DNA from: an uncultured archaeon | GTDB lineage: Archaea; Asgardarchaeota; Thorarchaeia; Thorarchaeales; Thorarchaeaceae | Direction: 5' to 3' | Assembly (NCBI GenBank): GCA_964590575.1 | Contig: CAZPWM010000037.1 | Coordinates: 1 to 27,332, forward strand | Length of the DNA stretch: 27,332 nt | Part shown: piece by piece, positions 25,425-27,332 of the stretch | Layout of the letters: each line of letters starts with the position of its first letter | Position numbering within the stretch: position 1 is the stretch's first letter | Translations under genes and position numbers: made by a program | The notes under the pieces: model-generated | Seen by the model: only the letters and a program-made list of their open reading frames with translations | Told to the model about the DNA's origin: nothing | The model's database searches: none

Positions 25425-26780
25425 TTGGAAGAGAAACATGTCGATGTACTCAAATCACTGGGTATCAAGGATATTACTACGAAAAATATCGCTGACAGTG
25501 CATACTGGCTCGGTAGAGCCAACAAGTTTCAGGCGATTGCTACACAGAATCGTGCGGTATACAATGTAATAGACCACACGAGAGGTGAAGGTGTTATCTG
25601 CTATGACATCGACGGGAATGAATATCTTGACCTTGCATCTGGAGTTGCAGTCAGGGCTCTTGGTATGAGATACAAACCATATCTCGAGTTTGAAGCTTCG
25701 ATATTAGACACTGTTCATGAGATTATGTCCAATAACTGGGATTCAATTCCTCAGATTGGACTTGCTGAACGACTTGCTGAAATTGCACCTGGAAAGTTCG
25801 ATAAACAAACCTCACTGACAACATCCGGTGCCAGAGCTGTTGAGAACTGCATGAAGTCAGCGATGGACAAGACTGGGAGAAGAAGATTCATTGCCTTTAG
25901 GCCTTCATTTCATGGAAGAACAGGGTATGCACTAGCACTGACCGCATCCAGTGCGAAGCATAAGGCTGGTTTTCCCCAAGGAGTCGATGTGACTCGAGTA
26001 TTCTATCCCTATTGCTATCGATGTCCCTATGGACAGAATGTTGAGGATTGCAACGTCGAGTGTGCAGAAGCACTTCGTCAAGCAGTCCAACTTGAAGGAG
26101 ATGACATTGCAGCTACGGTGATGGAATCAATTTGCTGTGAGGGAGGATTCTATGTTCCTCCAACCAAGGCGGTAAAGGAAATCTATGAAATCACGAAAGA
26201 GTTTGGTGGATATTTCGTATCTGATGAGGTTCAAGCTGGTATGGGGAGGACAGGGAAATGGTGGGCAATCGAGAATTTTGATGTCACACCGGATTACATA
26301 GCCATTGGAAAAGCAATTGGTGCAGGATATCCTATGGGTGCAATCGTTGGACCACACCCACTATTTAGTGGAACATCTCGACATTCAGAAACATTCGGAG
26401 CTGAGCCAAAAATGGCGATGACATCTCTCTGGGTGTTGAAGCATCTTGAAGATGAAGGATTCCTGAAAAAGAATGCTGAAGATGGTGCCTACATGATTAA
26501 GCGGCTGGAGGAGTTGAAGGACAAGCATGAGGTAATCGGCGATGTTCGGGGAATTGGTCTTATGGCGGGTGTAGAATTTGTCAAGAACAAAAAGACAAAG
26601 GAGCGAGATCAAGAACTCAGGAATAAAATCGTGGAAAAGACGGTGCGCAAGTATAATCTTTGGACACTCGCTGCTGGACATAACGTGATCCGTTGGCTTC
26701 CAAGTTATGTGATAACAAGAGACCAGATAGATGATGCAATCGACAGGTTTGACAAAGCGATTGCAGACTGTACTAAATGA
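25425..26780 (+). CDS. Class III PLP aminotransferase (GABA/ornithine/lysine omega-aminotransferase-like)
   Basis: DIDGNEYLD, FHGRT, YCYRCP, SDEVQAGMGRTGK, GKAIG (PLP Lys), HSETFG, GDVRGIGLM.GVE. Confidence 0.93.
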   Translation: MEEKHVDVLKSLGIKDITTKNIADSAYWLGRANKFQAIATQNRAVYNVIDHTRGEGVICYDIDGNEYLDLASGVAVRALGMRYKPYLEFEASILDTVHEIMSNNWDSIPQIGLAERLAEIAPGKFDKQTSLTTSGARAVENCMKSAMDKTGRRRFIAFRPSFHGRTGYALALTASSAKHKAGFPQGVDVTRVFYPYCYRCPYGQNVEDCNVECAEALRQAVQLEGDDIAATVMESICCEGGFYVPPTKAVKEIYEITKEFGGYFVSDEVQAGMGRTGKWWAIENFDVTPDYIAIGKAIGAGYPMGAIVGPHPLFSGTSRHSETFGAEPKMAMTSLWVLKHLEDEGFLKKNAEDGAYMIKRLEELKDKHEVIGDVRGIGLMAGVEFVKNKKTKERDQELRNKIVEKTVRKYNLWTLAAGHNVIRWLPSYVITRDQIDDAIDRFDKAIADCTK

Positions 26781-26795
26781 AGAGAGGGGGAGAAA

Positions 26796-27332
26796 TTGAA
26801 CAACAATAGATGGAACGATTTGTACGATGTTGAACATCCACCTTTAGCAAGCTTCGAAGATGGAGAGATGAAGAGGGTCTATGATAGCTCCACCTTTGGT
26901 GTAGCATCAAACTACAGCAAGCTCAAGCGTGTACTTCTGCACCGACCAAGTGAGGAACTTAACGTGGTCCGGGAAGATCCCGTGTATTGGCTGTGGGATG
27001 GTGTGCCTAACCTTGAAAAGTCTCGAGTGGAGTGGGATGCGTTCACGAATCTATTCAAAGAGAATGGTGTTCAGGTTGAAATTTTGGAAGAAGCTTATCC
27101 CAAGTGCGCAAAGCAGTACTTCTGTCGTGACCAAGCAACCATGACTCCCTGGGGGGTAGTCATCAGCAGGATGGCTTTGACCCAACGATGGGGAGAGGAG
27201 CAACTCTTTGCAAAGAAGATGTGGAACCTTCAGATACCAGTCCTCATGATGGTGACAGGACAGGGGATTTTCGAAGGGGGAAATTACATACCTCTGGACC
27301 GCAACACAGTTGTCGTCGGACGTGGAATCAGG
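26796..27332 (+). CDS. Pentein-superfamily enzyme (arginine deiminase/DDAH/amidinotransferase), 3'-truncated by the window end
   Basis: Not in the ORF track. TTG at 26796 follows GAGGGGGAG and the frame is open to the end: ...FGVASNYSKLKRVLLHRPSEEL...ENGVQV...YFCRD...RWGEE...GIFEGGN...VVVGRGIR. Confidence 0.88.
   Translation, partial: MNNNRWNDLYDVEHPPLASFEDGEMKRVYDSSTFGVASNYSKLKRVLLHRPSEELNVVREDPVYWLWDGVPNLEKSRVEWDAFTNLFKENGVQVEILEEAYPKCAKQYFCRDQATMTPWGVVISRMALTQRWGEEQLFAKKMWNLQIPVLMMVTGQGIFEGGNYIPLDRNTVVVGRGIR

Noticed and set aside
26778-26798. The UGA stop of the class III aminotransferase is in frame with the pentein gene (possible readthrough fusion)
   Set aside because: One-in-three chance by frame; the aminotransferase is complete and a strong purine-rich RBS precedes the TTG start.
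26929-27144. 71-aa ORF in the track with CIGC
   Set aside because: Out-of-frame overlap with the motif-supported pentein ORF at 26796-27332.

Overview
Gene-dense archaeal chromosomal segment (TTTATA-type promoters, short RBS-like purine tracts, PAS-rich cytoplasmic histidine kinases). The gene repertoire suggests an Asgard archaeon, possibly Thorarchaeia; this is inference, not verified. Left to right it holds: a partial membrane protein; an NfeD/YuaF-like protein with a ~116-aa His/Asp tetrapeptide array; a 210-nt spacer that hand-folds into a long structured RNA; an SPFH/flotillin gene; tusA divergent from a membrane protein-dsrE pair; a PAS-PAS histidine kinase with an unusual C-terminal CxxC thioredoxin-fold domain; an ArsR/SmtB repressor with its operator plus a P1B-2 Zn/Cd ATPase; an ABC exporter; sfsA; a REC-DHp-only protein; dinB; a 4-PAS kinase; a PLP dehydratase; flavin/ACT/nitroreductase genes; an orphan eutA; and a divergent amino-acid catabolic cluster (class I aminotransferase, GlcD-like FAD oxidoreductase with split Fe-S/CCG subunits, class III aminotransferase, and a pentein enzyme running off the window end). 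No rRNA, tRNA, CRISPR or transposase was recognised. The best novelty candidates are the thioredoxin-tailed kinase beside TusA/DsrE, the His-rich NfeD-flotillin module with its structured leader RNA, and the REC-DHp protein.
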